From the NCBI GenBank assembly GCA_963750165.1, contig CAVVPN010000010.1:233420-297419 (forward strand): DNA of 64,000 nucleotides. Direction: 5' to 3'. Shown here one piece after another: positions 1 to 9,689 of this stretch. Positions within the stretch are counted from its first letter, which is position 1, and every line of letters begins with the position of its first letter. Both the position numbers and the translations under genes were made by a program. Source of the DNA: an uncultured Gemmataceae bacterium. GTDB lineage: Bacteria > Planctomycetota > Planctomycetia > Gemmatales > Gemmataceae. Below the pieces are notes generated by a model. That model searched no databases, had not been told where the DNA came from, and worked only from the letters and a program-made list of their open reading frames with translations.

Positions 1-921
1 ACGGTCGTGGTCGGCGCCCACTACGATCACCTGGGCCGCGGCGAATACGGCAGCCTGGCCAAACCGGAGGACCGCAAGCAGATCCACCACGGGGCCGACG
101 ACAACGCCTCCGGCAGCACGGCGGTGATGGAGCTGGCCCGCCGCTTCGGCGCCATGAAGAACCGCCAGGGGCGGCGGCTGGTGTTCATGAGCTTCAGCGG
201 CGAGGAGCGCGGCCTGCTCGGCTCAGCGTTCTACTGCAACAAGCAGCCGCTGCTGCCGCTCAAGGACACGGTGCTCATGCTCAACCTGGACATGGTCGGC
301 CGGCTCCAGGACAACAAACTGCTCTGCGAGGGCGTCAAGACCGGCACCGGCTTCGAGGCGCTGGTGGACAAATTCAACGAGAAGTACAGGTTCGCGGTCA
401 GCAAGCGGCCGGGCGGGTCCGATTACAGCGATCACGCTTCGTTCTACCGTCAGGGCGTGCCGGTCCTCTTTTACTGGACGAACACGCATCCGGACTACCA
501 CCGCCCCAGCGACACGGCGGACAAGATCAACCTGGCCGGCATGAAGAAGATCGTGGACCTGTCGCAGGACGTATTGACGTACTTCGCCACCACGCCGGAG
601 CGGCCGAAGTACCAGAAAGTGGCGGCCGACACCACGACGACGCCGCGTGTCAAGGGGCCGACGCTCGGCATCGCGCCGGACTACAACGACAAGAAGGACG
701 GCCTGCTGATCGCCAGCGTGTCGCCGGGCCGGCCGGCGGAGAAGGCGGGCCTCAAGTCCGGTGACAAGATTGTGTCACTGGCCAACCGTGAGGTGCGCGA
801 CATCCAGACGTACATGGCGGTGATGGCCACCGTCCAGGCCGGCCAGCCGATTGAGGTGGTGGTGCTGCGCCAGGGCAAGCGCGTCACGCTCAAGGTGACG
901 CCGGACGGGCCCAAGAAGTAA
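1..921 (+). CDS. M28 family peptidase with C-terminal PDZ domain (5'-truncated by window edge)
   Basis: GAHYDHLG, GADDNASG, FSGEERGLLGS, NLDMVG, SDHASF, YHRPSD motifs; C-terminal LGI...PAEKAGLKSGD PDZ. Confidence 0.92.
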   Translation, partial: TVVVGAHYDHLGRGEYGSLAKPEDRKQIHHGADDNASGSTAVMELARRFGAMKNRQGRRLVFMSFSGEERGLLGSAFYCNKQPLLPLKDTVLMLNLDMVGRLQDNKLLCEGVKTGTGFEALVDKFNEKYRFAVSKRPGGSDYSDHASFYRQGVPVLFYWTNTHPDYHRPSDTADKINLAGMKKIVDLSQDVLTYFATTPERPKYQKVAADTTTTPRVKGPTLGIAPDYNDKKDGLLIASVSPGRPAEKAGLKSGDKIVSLANREVRDIQTYMAVMATVQAGQPIEVVVLRQGKRVTLKVTPDGPKK

Positions 922-974
922 AGCGAAAAGACGAAACCCACGAAAAAAGACCGAAAGAATAAGGAGACAAGAAA

Positions 975-1025
975 GAACACCAACCCGGTTTAGCCGCGAC
1001 GCGCGGCTAAACCGGGTTGGTGTTC
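975..1025. terminator. Perfect 24-bp inverted repeat (hairpin/REP-like) between convergent genes
   Basis: GAACACCAACCCGGTTTAGCCGCG-acg-CGCGGCTAAACCGGGTTGGTGTTC. Confidence 0.7.
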
Positions 1026-1053
1026 GGCGACTCCTTACTTCGGATGGCCGGCG

Positions 1054-1149
1054 TCACCACTTGAAGCTGTACTGCAAATAGAACAGGTCCGGCGCCGGCA
1101 TGACCCCCGCCTTTTGCAGGTAATCGCCCAGGAACAGCTGGGAATAACC
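1054..1149 (-). pseudogene. C-terminal remnant of an outer-membrane beta-barrel (alginate-export-like) gene
   Basis: Translates as GYSQLFLGDYLQKAGVMPAPDLFYLQYSFKW*, ending in the Y-x-F-x-W beta-signal; no upstream gene body. Confidence 0.5.
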
Positions 1150-1193
1150 GGAACTTTCCTTGAGCCGGTTCCGCCGGCCCCACGCGAAGAGCA

Positions 1194-3434
1194 TCATCGC
1201 GCCAGCGGAAACGCCCTCACCTTGGTCGCGGATTGCGACAGCAGCCGGCCGCCGTGGATCACCAGATTGCCGAGCAGTTCCGTCTGCGGTAGCGCCTGCC
1301 GCGCCACCACCTGGCCGCGTCCCAGGTCAATCGTCCACAGGGCCACCGTTTTGCCGCGCACCGGCAGCGTACACAGGCCGTCGGCCCCCAGCACGCCCAG
1401 GCCGGTCGGCTCGTCAATGGCCAACTTCCACACTTCGCTGCCGTCCTGCAATGACAACGCCCGGCAGTGGTCGCGGCCGACCAGCAGCACCCGACCGCCG
1501 TGGACGCCCGCCACGTAGTGCGCGCCGTCGCGCTTGACCCGCCAGCGCGGCTTGCCGTCGCGCAGGTCCAGGCAGTGAACGGCGTCGTCGTCCGGGCCGG
1601 CGTAAATCACCGCGCCGGCGTGCAGCACCGGCGCCGACGCCCGCCAGGTGGGCCGCCGGAACGTGAGCTTTTCGGGTTTGGTTTCGCCGGTCGGTCGGTA
1701 ACCGTGCATCCAGAGCACCGTCTGCGTCGCCAGGTCCACGCCGAGCAGGACGCCGGCGTTGGTCGGGCAGACCAGCACACCATCCTGGTAGGCCAGATGG
1801 CACGCCTGCGTTCGCCGGTTCGGGTCGGCAAAGAATTTCTCCTGCACGGTCGCCAGCGGCTGCACCGACAGCGCTTCGCCCCGGGCGGGATCGACGCACA
1901 CCAGGCGGAGGGTGCCGTCGTTCTTTTCGTTGAGCACGTAGAGTTTGTCGGCGAGCGGCAGCGGGGCGCCGAGGAAGTGGCTCTCGTGGAACGGGTCTTT
2001 CTTGTCTATGTTCCGGGGTTCAAAGCCCTGGCCGAGCCGCCAGGCCAACTTGCCGGTGTCCAGCTCGAACGCCTGCAGGTTGTTCCAGAACACGCGCGGC
2101 TTGATGTCCTCGCTGTACTGGTCGGGGGTGGTCCGGACGTTGTTCGACAGGAAGGCGGGCGGGACCGGCACCGCCAGGTCATCGACGCTGAACACAAACT
2201 TGTGGTCGGTGGACAGCGCGCCGATCTGCTCGTTCTCGAAGACGACCGGACTGCGCCCGTCCTTGTCGTAAGCCGTCAACCAATTGTCCACGATCGGACG
2301 AACGAGGTTTTTGCCGTCCGGGATCATCAGAATTCCAAGACTGCTTTCAAACGGCGTGCTTTTCCACCAAATTTCACCAGGCTTGATGACCACGTTGCCG
2401 TCCCGGTACTCCCGCAGCGTTGCTGCGGTGATCCCGCAGTAAGTGAGGTACGCCACCTGGTTGCCGACGACGATGGGGGAAGCGCTCGGGGCCAGGAAAC
2501 CGTTGTTCTTCTGGAGGTTGGCCAGTGCCTTCTTGAGCCACTCCGCGGCTCTCGGACTCGGGTCAGGGTCGTCGCCCCTGTCCATCCGGTCCATCATGGT
2601 CGGCCGCGCCCACTGCTGGGCCTTGACCTTCGGCACGCCCGCCGGCCCATAACCGTTGCGCGCCGCGTTGCCGCGGAACAGCGGCCAGTCACCCGTCGCG
2701 ATCTTGATGCGCTCCAGCTCGACTTCCAGGTCCTTCAGCTTCACGGGCTCCTTTTGCAGCAGCACTTGCAACCGCCTCACCAGCCGATCCGCGTTGGCCT
2801 TGTCGCCGGCGCGGCGGTACGCGGCCGCCGTCCGGTGCAGCAGGTCCGCCTCCGCCTTCGCAGCCGGCGGCCGGCGCAGCGCCTGATCCAGGCACAGCGC
2901 CGCCTCCAGGCGCCGCCCCTTGCCGGCGTGCGCTTCGGCCAGCAGCAGCAGCGCCTCACGGCCCGCGTCGGTGTGCGCGAAGCGCCGCGCCACCTGCGCC
3001 AGCAGGGCCGCGTCCTTCTGCTGCCGGGCCTTCTTGAACAGCGCGTCCGCCTGGGGCCCGGCGTGTTTCCGATAGGCCGCCAGTCCCGGCGGCGGCAGGG
3101 CGGCCAGCTGGGCGTCGGCGACGGTGTGCGGGCTGAGCCAGTGGGTTGTCTCCTTGCCGTCGGCCCACCGCCGCGGCACCGGCACCAGCACGCCCGGCGA
3201 CACGTCCAGCAGTTGTTGCAGCCCGAGGGCGGCGTCCGGCCACTCCTGTTTCTTGAGCGCGTTCGTCGTCACGCGCAGCAGGTCGGACAGCGCCGCCCAC
3301 TGCTTCGGGGTGTTGGCCGACTGATCGACGGCAACGGTCGTGACCGGCGCGTCTGGCGGTTGCTGGGCCGCCGCCGGCGCGAGGCCGAGCAGCAGGCCGG
3401 CGAACAGCGACGGAATGAGGCGTAGCGTGGACAT
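1194..3434 (-). CDS. Secreted PQQ-like beta-propeller (BamB-like repeat) protein with TPR-like N-terminal region
   Basis: Signal peptide MSTLRLIPSLFAGLLLGLAPAAAQ; DWPLFRGNAARNG; repeated xDxxTGKxxW propeller motifs. Confidence 0.8.
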   Translation of the reverse strand: MSTLRLIPSLFAGLLLGLAPAAAQQPPDAPVTTVAVDQSANTPKQWAALSDLLRVTTNALKKQEWPDAALGLQQLLDVSPGVLVPVPRRWADGKETTHWLSPHTVADAQLAALPPPGLAAYRKHAGPQADALFKKARQQKDAALLAQVARRFAHTDAGREALLLLAEAHAGKGRRLEAALCLDQALRRPPAAKAEADLLHRTAAAYRRAGDKANADRLVRRLQVLLQKEPVKLKDLEVELERIKIATGDWPLFRGNAARNGYGPAGVPKVKAQQWARPTMMDRMDRGDDPDPSPRAAEWLKKALANLQKNNGFLAPSASPIVVGNQVAYLTYCGITAATLREYRDGNVVIKPGEIWWKSTPFESSLGILMIPDGKNLVRPIVDNWLTAYDKDGRSPVVFENEQIGALSTDHKFVFSVDDLAVPVPPAFLSNNVRTTPDQYSEDIKPRVFWNNLQAFELDTGKLAWRLGQGFEPRNIDKKDPFHESHFLGAPLPLADKLYVLNEKNDGTLRLVCVDPARGEALSVQPLATVQEKFFADPNRRTQACHLAYQDGVLVCPTNAGVLLGVDLATQTVLWMHGYRPTGETKPEKLTFRRPTWRASAPVLHAGAVIYAGPDDDAVHCLDLRDGKPRWRVKRDGAHYVAGVHGGRVLLVGRDHCRALSLQDGSEVWKLAIDEPTGLGVLGADGLCTLPVRGKTVALWTIDLGRGQVVARQALPQTELLGNLVIHGGRLLSQSATKVRAFPLAR

Positions 3435-3529
3435 GACGAATGCTCCTGGTTGTCTGGGCCGGACTGTGTGATTGTCGCGCGCCGCCGGCCGAGATACCAG
3501 GAGCAAATGAGACCGTGCCGTCACTTCCC

Positions 3530-3584
3530 GTGGTGCAGGCGGCTCGCCTGCAGCGGACTGCCGCAGGCGAGCCGCCCGCACCAC
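3530..3584. repeat. REP-like palindrome (GTGGTGCAGGCG...CGCCYGCACCAC family), copy 1
   Basis: Imperfect inverted repeat; near-identical arms at 29774-29830. Confidence 0.8.
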
Positions 3585-3595
3585 GGCCAGAAATG

Positions 3596-4765
3596 TCACG
3601 GGGCCTTCTTCAACGTGAACTCCTCGAAGCCCACCGCGAACGGCGTGGTGCTCGAATTGATTACCGACAGGCCGACCTTCAACCGAGCCGGCCAGAGTGT
3701 GTCAATCGGGTGCAGTTTTTTCCACTTGCTGCCGTCAAAGGAAATGCTGCCGAAGATGCGACTGCCCTTGCGTTCCATGCGCAGGTAGCAGTCGCCACCG
3801 GGGAAGACCTCGTTGTGCAGCGCCCCGCGGTAGCCGGCCTCGCGCTCCTCGAACAGCACAATCGTACCGATTTTTTTGTTGCGCAGCATGGCGCCGCGCT
3901 CCAGGCGGATGAAGTTGTCGGAGTTGTTCCAGATCAGGATGCCGGCGCCGTGGAAGGGCACGCCCTTGGGGTTGGTCGATTTGCCGCCCGGCTTGAAGTC
4001 GCCCGTCACCTTCACCGTGACGACGAAATCGCCCTCGACCGTTTGCAGGACGCGCGGCGAGTTGAGCTTGCCGGTGTCGGGGTTCAGGTCGTGCCAGGTG
4101 CCCGGCACCGTGATGGTTAGTTTCTTGGCGTCCGGTAGGAACACGCAGTCCTTGCCCGGGTTGATGGCCAGGCCCCAGCCTTTCAGTTCCATGCCCGTCG
4201 GCTCCGGCTCCGGTTTGCCGGCCGCCCGCACCTGGCCCGGCCCCAGCGTCAGCGAACCGAGGAAGCGGCCCGTGTCCACGGGCAGTTCCCGGTTCGGCGC
4301 CGACACCACCATGACCGCGTAAATCGACCGGCCATCCAGGTACTCACGGACGCGGATGGTGACCGTGCCCTCTTCCGCGATCGGTTTGCCGCGGACGGTG
4401 AAATCGCGACCGATCCGGCCGTCGGCCCGCACCTTCTTCTGGCTGAGTACCTTGCCGTTCCACTCCTCCGCCAGGAAGTCGCGCTCGGCGTTGAGTTCCG
4501 CCTCTTCAGTGCCCTTGACGATGGCCGTGGGGTGCTCGATCTTGTAGGCGATGTAGTAGGCGTTTTGCGCCTTGCAGCCGAGGACCAGAATCTTGATGGT
4601 GCCGCCGGCCCCCTTGCGCATGCGCGACTTCTGCATGGTCAGCTTGCCGGGCATTTCGACCGAGAACTGCCCCGCTTTTGAGGTGATGGTCTGCCACGAG
4701 GTTTGTGCGGGCGCCGGTAAGAAACCGGCCGCAGCGAACAAGGGGATGAGTGCAGCGAGGCGCAT
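3596..4765 (-). CDS. Secreted protein with C-terminal DUF1349/concanavalin-like domain
   Basis: Signal peptide; NSPRVLQTVEGDF...AGILIW...YLRMERKG...SFDGSKW...VGL pattern. Confidence 0.7.
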   Translation of the reverse strand: MRLAALIPLFAAAGFLPAPAQTSWQTITSKAGQFSVEMPGKLTMQKSRMRKGAGGTIKILVLGCKAQNAYYIAYKIEHPTAIVKGTEEAELNAERDFLAEEWNGKVLSQKKVRADGRIGRDFTVRGKPIAEEGTVTIRVREYLDGRSIYAVMVVSAPNRELPVDTGRFLGSLTLGPGQVRAAGKPEPEPTGMELKGWGLAINPGKDCVFLPDAKKLTITVPGTWHDLNPDTGKLNSPRVLQTVEGDFVVTVKVTGDFKPGGKSTNPKGVPFHGAGILIWNNSDNFIRLERGAMLRNKKIGTIVLFEEREAGYRGALHNEVFPGGDCYLRMERKGSRIFGSISFDGSKWKKLHPIDTLWPARLKVGLSVINSSTTPFAVGFEEFTLKKAP

Positions 4766-4933
4766 CGGTTGGCCCTCCGGTGAACGGGGACTGGGAAAAG
4801 CACACGCAGCGACGGTCCCGCTCTCCTGCCGTCAGGCGAATGGCTACCGGCGGTGCTTCGCAAGAGATAACCCCGGCGGCGCGCCGCGGTTGCACTCGGG
4901 CGCTGGAAAGTGGCGGTTTGGTTCGGGGAAAGA

Positions 4934-5168
4934 TCAGTCCAGGTACGCCCGCCGGGCCGCCTGATCCTCGTCCAGCGCCAGGGGCAATTCCGGCAAGGGC
5001 TGACCGACCCTGAGGAGGCGACGCCAGAGAACGATTTGTGTGCCCATTTCCTCGTCGCAGGGCATGGGGCTGCCGATCCGATAACTGATCACATGCGAGC
5101 AGTTGCGCCAGCCAGAGCCGGTGAACGCCGTCCCCGCCCCGTTCGTCCTTCCAATCGTGCAGCGGCAT
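4934..5168 (-). pseudogene. Internally deleted DUF4058 family gene
   Basis: Starts MPLHDW...HRLWLAQL; ends LRVGQPLPELPLALD...AYLD*; both termini resemble the intact paralogue at 5463-6188. Confidence 0.6.
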
Positions 5169-5228
5169 GACCTGGCCTCCCCGCCAGCAGAACAAAGAGG
5201 TCATCCGCAAGGAAAAGTGCGGAAAAGG

Positions 5229-5423
5229 TCATCGCGCGTTCTGCCCGTCCGAAGCCCCGGTTGCATCGTCCTTCGCTTCGGGTGACGGCTTGCGGAACCC
5301 ATACGGGCAGTGCCGGCAACCGCTCTGACAACAGTAACCGCGGCGCCGCAGGAACTCCGCGGTGAACACCCAGCGGCCGCCCTCGACGTAGTAGTCCCGC
5401 CCCGGCACCAGTTGCTCTGCCAT
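5229..5423 (-). CDS. Small Cys-rich protein (DUF5522-like)
   Basis: DYYVEGGRWVFTAEFLRRRGYCCQSGCRHCPYG. Confidence 0.8.
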   Translation of the reverse strand: MAEQLVPGRDYYVEGGRWVFTAEFLRRRGYCCQSGCRHCPYGFRKPSPEAKDDATGASDGQNAR

Positions 5424-5462
5424 GACCGTCTGCGACAGCCGCCGCCCTCCGCGTGTTGCCCG

Positions 5463-6188
5463 TCAGGAGATGTGTAACAACCGACAGGTTTCCTCGTAAC
5501 CCGGTTCGAGCGGCAGCAGCACGCGGAGGTCGGGGGTCAGCCAGAGCGGCAGCGTCGGCAGCGGCTGCCCCAGTGTCATGGGAACATACCACACGTCGAG
5601 CAGGGACCGCTTCGGTGACCGTTTGCGGTTCCGGGTCGTGACCGCGTACAGGGGCGGCGGCGCCGGGTCGAGGCGCGGGTCCGCGGCGCCGGACACTTCC
5701 AGCAGGTCCGCATACAGGTTGAACTGCTGGGCCGTGACCAGATCCACGATCGCGACGCAGATGTCGCGCTGCAGGAGGGCCGCGAGCTTGGCCACGAACG
5801 CCCCGCGGCTTTCCGGCCGGTCCTTGTTCGACGGGCTGGCGATCTCGATGGCCGCGACCAGCTGCCGGCCGTGTTCGGCGTCGTAAATGCGCACCTCGTA
5901 CTCGCTCGGGTCGGGCAGGTCCACTTCCAGGGTCCGAGCGGGTTCCGGGGTTGTCGCGGTGATGACACTACCGTTCCCCGTACCAGGAGCGGATTCGATC
6001 ACTATCGGCTCATTCACCTGACAGTCCACCGCGAATGCTTTTCCCAAATGGGCAATCGGTGCGGCGACGTAACCCGAGGGGAGGAGATCAAACAGTTGCC
6101 GGACGATCGTGGCCGGCCACATGCCGTGCAGTTCGTTCCAGGAGTGGTGTTTGCTCACGGGCGGATGAAAGTGGTCGCGCAATGGCAT
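5463..6188 (-). CDS. DUF4058 family protein (Uma2/PD-(D/E)XK-like)
   Basis: MPLRDHFHPP, LVAAIEIASPSNKDRP, GQPLPTLPLWL, LEPGYEETC. Confidence 0.85.
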   Translation of the reverse strand: MPLRDHFHPPVSKHHSWNELHGMWPATIVRQLFDLLPSGYVAAPIAHLGKAFAVDCQVNEPIVIESAPGTGNGSVITATTPEPARTLEVDLPDPSEYEVRIYDAEHGRQLVAAIEIASPSNKDRPESRGAFVAKLAALLQRDICVAIVDLVTAQQFNLYADLLEVSGAADPRLDPAPPPLYAVTTRNRKRSPKRSLLDVWYVPMTLGQPLPTLPLWLTPDLRVLLPLEPGYEETCRLLHIS

Positions 6189-6243
6189 GGTGTGATCCCT
6201 CCCGGCGCGGCCGCCGGAGGTCCGGCAGCCGCGCCCAGTTTTG

Positions 6244-8508
6244 TTACTCCGCGAACTTCGCCGCGCCGTCGCCCAGATTCACACTGGCCGTGCTCACCTG
6301 GCGGATGCGCTTCTCCCTGACCTCCACGTCCAACCGCTGCAGCAGCTCCGGCACGCTCATAGCGCCAAGATCGCCATCCACGCGGTCGCGCACCGCCACG
6401 GTCTGGTTGGTCTGCTCCTTGTCGCCGACGACCAGCATGTACGGAATCTTTTCCAGCTGCGCCTCGCGAATCTTGTAGCCGATCTTCTCCGGCCGGTAGT
6501 CGCCGCTGGCGCGGTAGCCGCGCTCACGCAGCTGCGTCTCGACGGTGCGGGCGTAGTCGTTGAAGCGCTCGCTCACGGTCAGCACACGGACCTGTTCGGG
6601 GGCCAGCCACAGCGGGAACGCCCCGGCGAAGTGCTCGATGAGAATGCCCATGAAGCGCTCCATCGAGCCGAACGGGGCGCGGTGGATCATCACCGGCTTG
6701 TGCGTCTTGTTGTCGGCGCCGACGTACTCCAGGTCGAAGCGCTTCGGCAGGTTGTAGTCCAGCTGCACGGTGCCGAGCTGCCATTCGCGGCCGATGCAGT
6801 CGCGCACCACGAAGTCGATCTTCGGCCCGTAGAACGCCGCCTCGCCCGTTTCCGCGGTGTACTTCATGCCGAGCTTGCTGACGACCTCCACGAGCGTTTT
6901 TTCGGCGTTGTTCCAGTCCTCGTCGCTGCCGACGTACTTGCCGCTGCCCGGGTCGCGCAGGCCGATGCGGACGCGGTAGTCGGTCAGGCCCAGGCAGTCC
7001 AGCACGAAGCGCACCAGTTCGATGTTCGAGTGCATTTCGGCCTCGACCTGTTCGGGCGTCATGAACAGGTGGGCGTCGTCCTGGGTGAAGCCGCGGACGC
7101 GGGTCATGCCGTTCAATTCGCCAGTCTGCTCAAAGCGGTAGACGGTGCCGAACTCCGCCAGGCGCACCGGCAAATCGCGGTAGCTGCGCGGCTCCGCCTT
7201 GTAAATCTGGATGTGGTGCGGGCAGTTCATCGGCTTGAGCAGGTAGCCTTCCTTGGTCTCCAGCCAGCGCAGCAGCACCTGGCCGGCGTCCGCCGGGGTC
7301 GAGGCCTCGTGCAGGCCGGGGACCTCGATCCCGACCGCGTCCAGTATCCGGATGGCGGCGCGGCGGGTCATCTCCAGGCGCTCCGCGTCGCTGCCGGCCT
7401 TGCGGTACTCCTCGGCCAGCAATTTGTACTCGGCCAGGTCGAGCAGTTCCTTGAACGCATGCTCTTTCTTCTCGTCCAGGTGGCCCGCTTCGAGGCGGTA
7501 CTGCGCCAGGTCCACCGCGGCGGCGATGGCGTTGAAGTACATCGGCGGGAACTGGGCGTCGCGGTAGTACGGGAAGTGGCCGCTGGTGCGGTACATCTCC
7601 AGCCGGCCGATGTGCGGCGTGTACACCGGCTGATAGCCGCGCTTGACCAGCTCCTCTTTGATGAACGCCTCCAGGATGCCGCGGACGATGGCGCCCTTCG
7701 GCATCCACAGGATCAGACCGCTGCCGGCCATCGGGCTGATGGTGAACAGTTTCAACTGCTTGCCGAGGACGCGGTGGTCGCGCTTCTTGGCCTCCTCCAG
7801 CTGCTGCAGGTAGGCGTCCAGTTCCTTCTGGCTGAAGAACGCGGTGCCGTAGAGGCGCTGGAGCTGTTTGCGGTTGTTGTCGTTCTTCCAGTAGGCGCCA
7901 GCGACGCTGAGCAGCTTGAAGGCGCCGACCTTGCCGGCGTGCGGGATGTGCGGGCCGCGGCACAGGTCGATGAACTCGCCCTGGCGGTAGAAGCTCAGGG
8001 TCGGAAAATCTTTCAAGGTGTCGTCGATGTTCTCGACCTTGTAGCCCTGGCCCATGTCCTGGCAGAGGGCGCGGGCCTCGTCGTGCGGGCGCTCGAAGCG
8101 CTCGAACGGCTCGGCGTCCTTGATGATCTTGCGCATCTCCTCCTCGATGCGCGGGAAATCCTCCTCGCGGATGGGGGTGGGCGAGTCCATGTCGTAATAG
8201 AAGCCGTTCTCGATGGTCGGGCCGAAGGCGAGCTGCACGCCGGGGAAAAGGCGCAGGACCGCGCGGGCCATGATGTGGGCGCAGCTGTGGCGGAGCACGT
8301 CGAGGGCGTCGCGGTCCTTGTCGGTGAGGATCTGGAAGGTGTGTTCGCCCTCGGGCAGCTCGCGGTCGAGGTCGGTAATGGCGCCATCAACCTTGGCGGC
8401 GACGGCGGCCTGGGCGAGGCGCTTGCCGATGCCCTCGGCGATGTCGCGCGGTCGGGCGCCGGGCGGGGCCTGTTTGACGGAGCCATCGGGGAGCTTGAGA
8501 GTCGGCAT
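6244..8508 (-). CDS. thrS: Threonine--tRNA ligase
   Basis: TGS domain (LPDGS), RHSCAH, DLCRGPH, RDHRVLG, LKPMNCPHH, RVRGFTQDDAH, FYGPKID, MIHRAPFGSMERF; likely start ATG 8508. Confidence 0.98.
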   Translation of the reverse strand: MPTLKLPDGSVKQAPPGARPRDIAEGIGKRLAQAAVAAKVDGAITDLDRELPEGEHTFQILTDKDRDALDVLRHSCAHIMARAVLRLFPGVQLAFGPTIENGFYYDMDSPTPIREEDFPRIEEEMRKIIKDAEPFERFERPHDEARALCQDMGQGYKVENIDDTLKDFPTLSFYRQGEFIDLCRGPHIPHAGKVGAFKLLSVAGAYWKNDNNRKQLQRLYGTAFFSQKELDAYLQQLEEAKKRDHRVLGKQLKLFTISPMAGSGLILWMPKGAIVRGILEAFIKEELVKRGYQPVYTPHIGRLEMYRTSGHFPYYRDAQFPPMYFNAIAAAVDLAQYRLEAGHLDEKKEHAFKELLDLAEYKLLAEEYRKAGSDAERLEMTRRAAIRILDAVGIEVPGLHEASTPADAGQVLLRWLETKEGYLLKPMNCPHHIQIYKAEPRSYRDLPVRLAEFGTVYRFEQTGELNGMTRVRGFTQDDAHLFMTPEQVEAEMHSNIELVRFVLDCLGLTDYRVRIGLRDPGSGKYVGSDEDWNNAEKTLVEVVSKLGMKYTAETGEAAFYGPKIDFVVRDCIGREWQLGTVQLDYNLPKRFDLEYVGADNKTHKPVMIHRAPFGSMERFMGILIEHFAGAFPLWLAPEQVRVLTVSERFNDYARTVETQLRERGYRASGDYRPEKIGYKIREAQLEKIPYMLVVGDKEQTNQTVAVRDRVDGDLGAMSVPELLQRLDVEVREKRIRQVSTASVNLGDGAAKFAE

Positions 8509-8714
8509 GGAGGTGTGTCCTGAAAAGAGTATGGCCACCCCTACAACGGGTGAACCTGACCCCGGGACACCCATCCGGGGGCCGGGGTTCGGGCGGACGG
8601 GGGTATTGTATGCCACGCCTGCGGGGGAAGGAGGGAAGGGCGTGGCGAACCGATCCGGGGTGCGGTAGAATCCAGCCATGCAGGTGGACGTGCAGGCAAA
8701 AGGGGTGCTGGACA

Positions 8715-8960
8715 ATGGTTGAGGGAACCTACGGCCGGCTGGATCAGTTGTTACGCTCGCTGGGGTTTACCATGCGCTTGTTTGAAGGAAAGACGCGGGT
8801 ATACGAGCACCCGGAAACGGGCGCGCTGATGGCAGTCCCGACCTTTCCGATGGACACGCCGGTCTACCCCCATCACCTGCTCGGAGTGCGGGCGATGTTG
8901 AAGGCGTACGGCCTGGCAGATCCGACGGACTTCGAGAGGCAACTCCAGAAGGCGGGTTGA
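8715..8960 (+). CDS. Small HicA-like (dsRBD-fold) protein
   Basis: 81 aa; LLRSLGF...VYEHPETGALMAVP...VRAML pattern; no HicB partner seen. Confidence 0.5.
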   Translation: MVEGTYGRLDQLLRSLGFTMRLFEGKTRVYEHPETGALMAVPTFPMDTPVYPHHLLGVRAMLKAYGLADPTDFERQLQKAG

Positions 8961-9082
8961 AGGCCAGCGCCGTGGCGCCAAGGCGGCCCCGAATCCGCCA
9001 TACGAAATCCCCAACCCGATGCAGTCGGTGCCACTGCCGATTCCTGGCGCGACAATTCCTCGACTTTTTGGGAGCCCGAAGT

Positions 9083-9535
9083 ATGACGCTTGCTCAGGTG
9101 GGGAAGTACATGCCTGAAGGGCTGCGTGCCCTCTCGAACCTGACCACCATGCTGTTCGAGGCCGTCACGGCCTGCCAGGTGTCGGTGAAAAAGGCGGTCG
9201 GGTGGGATTACATCGGCCTGAACCTGGACGGCAAATACTACATCGGGTTGAACTTCTCCGAACCGGAAATGCTGTGGTTCGTCACGCGCTGCCGGATCGA
9301 CGCCGAGGCCGCGGCCAAACTCGGCGTCGGCGAACTGACGGAGGAAAATTGGGTGCCCGGCCGTTACCGTTGGTGGCGCGGCGTCGAGCTGGATTCCGAA
9401 GCCGTCCATTTCTTCGCGCGTTCCAAGGTCAGCCAGATGCAGTGGCTGGAGAGCTTCCTGCGAGAATATCTGGCCCAGGCCCGGTCGATTGAGACGACGG
9501 ACCAACCGCCGATCCCCGACGAACCCCAGGAATGA
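9083..9535 (+). CDS. Hypothetical protein, possibly a 5'-truncated C-terminal fragment
   Basis: Open frame 8957-9535 with coding-like bias from about 9040; first ATG 9083. Confidence 0.45.
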   Translation: MTLAQVGKYMPEGLRALSNLTTMLFEAVTACQVSVKKAVGWDYIGLNLDGKYYIGLNFSEPEMLWFVTRCRIDAEAAAKLGVGELTEENWVPGRYRWWRGVELDSEAVHFFARSKVSQMQWLESFLREYLAQARSIETTDQPPIPDEPQE

Positions 9536-9689
9536 GGCGGCGGGCGGCCTGCGATCCACATTCCGCACGGAACGCGGTCTCCTGGTTGAGCGCCTCCGAC
9601 GGCGCATCTATAATGTCCAGAGTGACGCCACGCGCCGGGCTTCGGCCGAGGCGCCAAGTGTCCCCGCTTCCAACGGGAAAGGTCGAGCC

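Noticed and set aside
1467..3425. Long antisense ORFs (also 6241-8523, 13389-14888, 19118-20815, 38433-40505)
   Set aside because: Shadow ORFs typical of high-GC coding strands, opposite well-supported genes
7249..7540. Intein in ThrS
   Set aside because: Too short and lacks splice-junction residues
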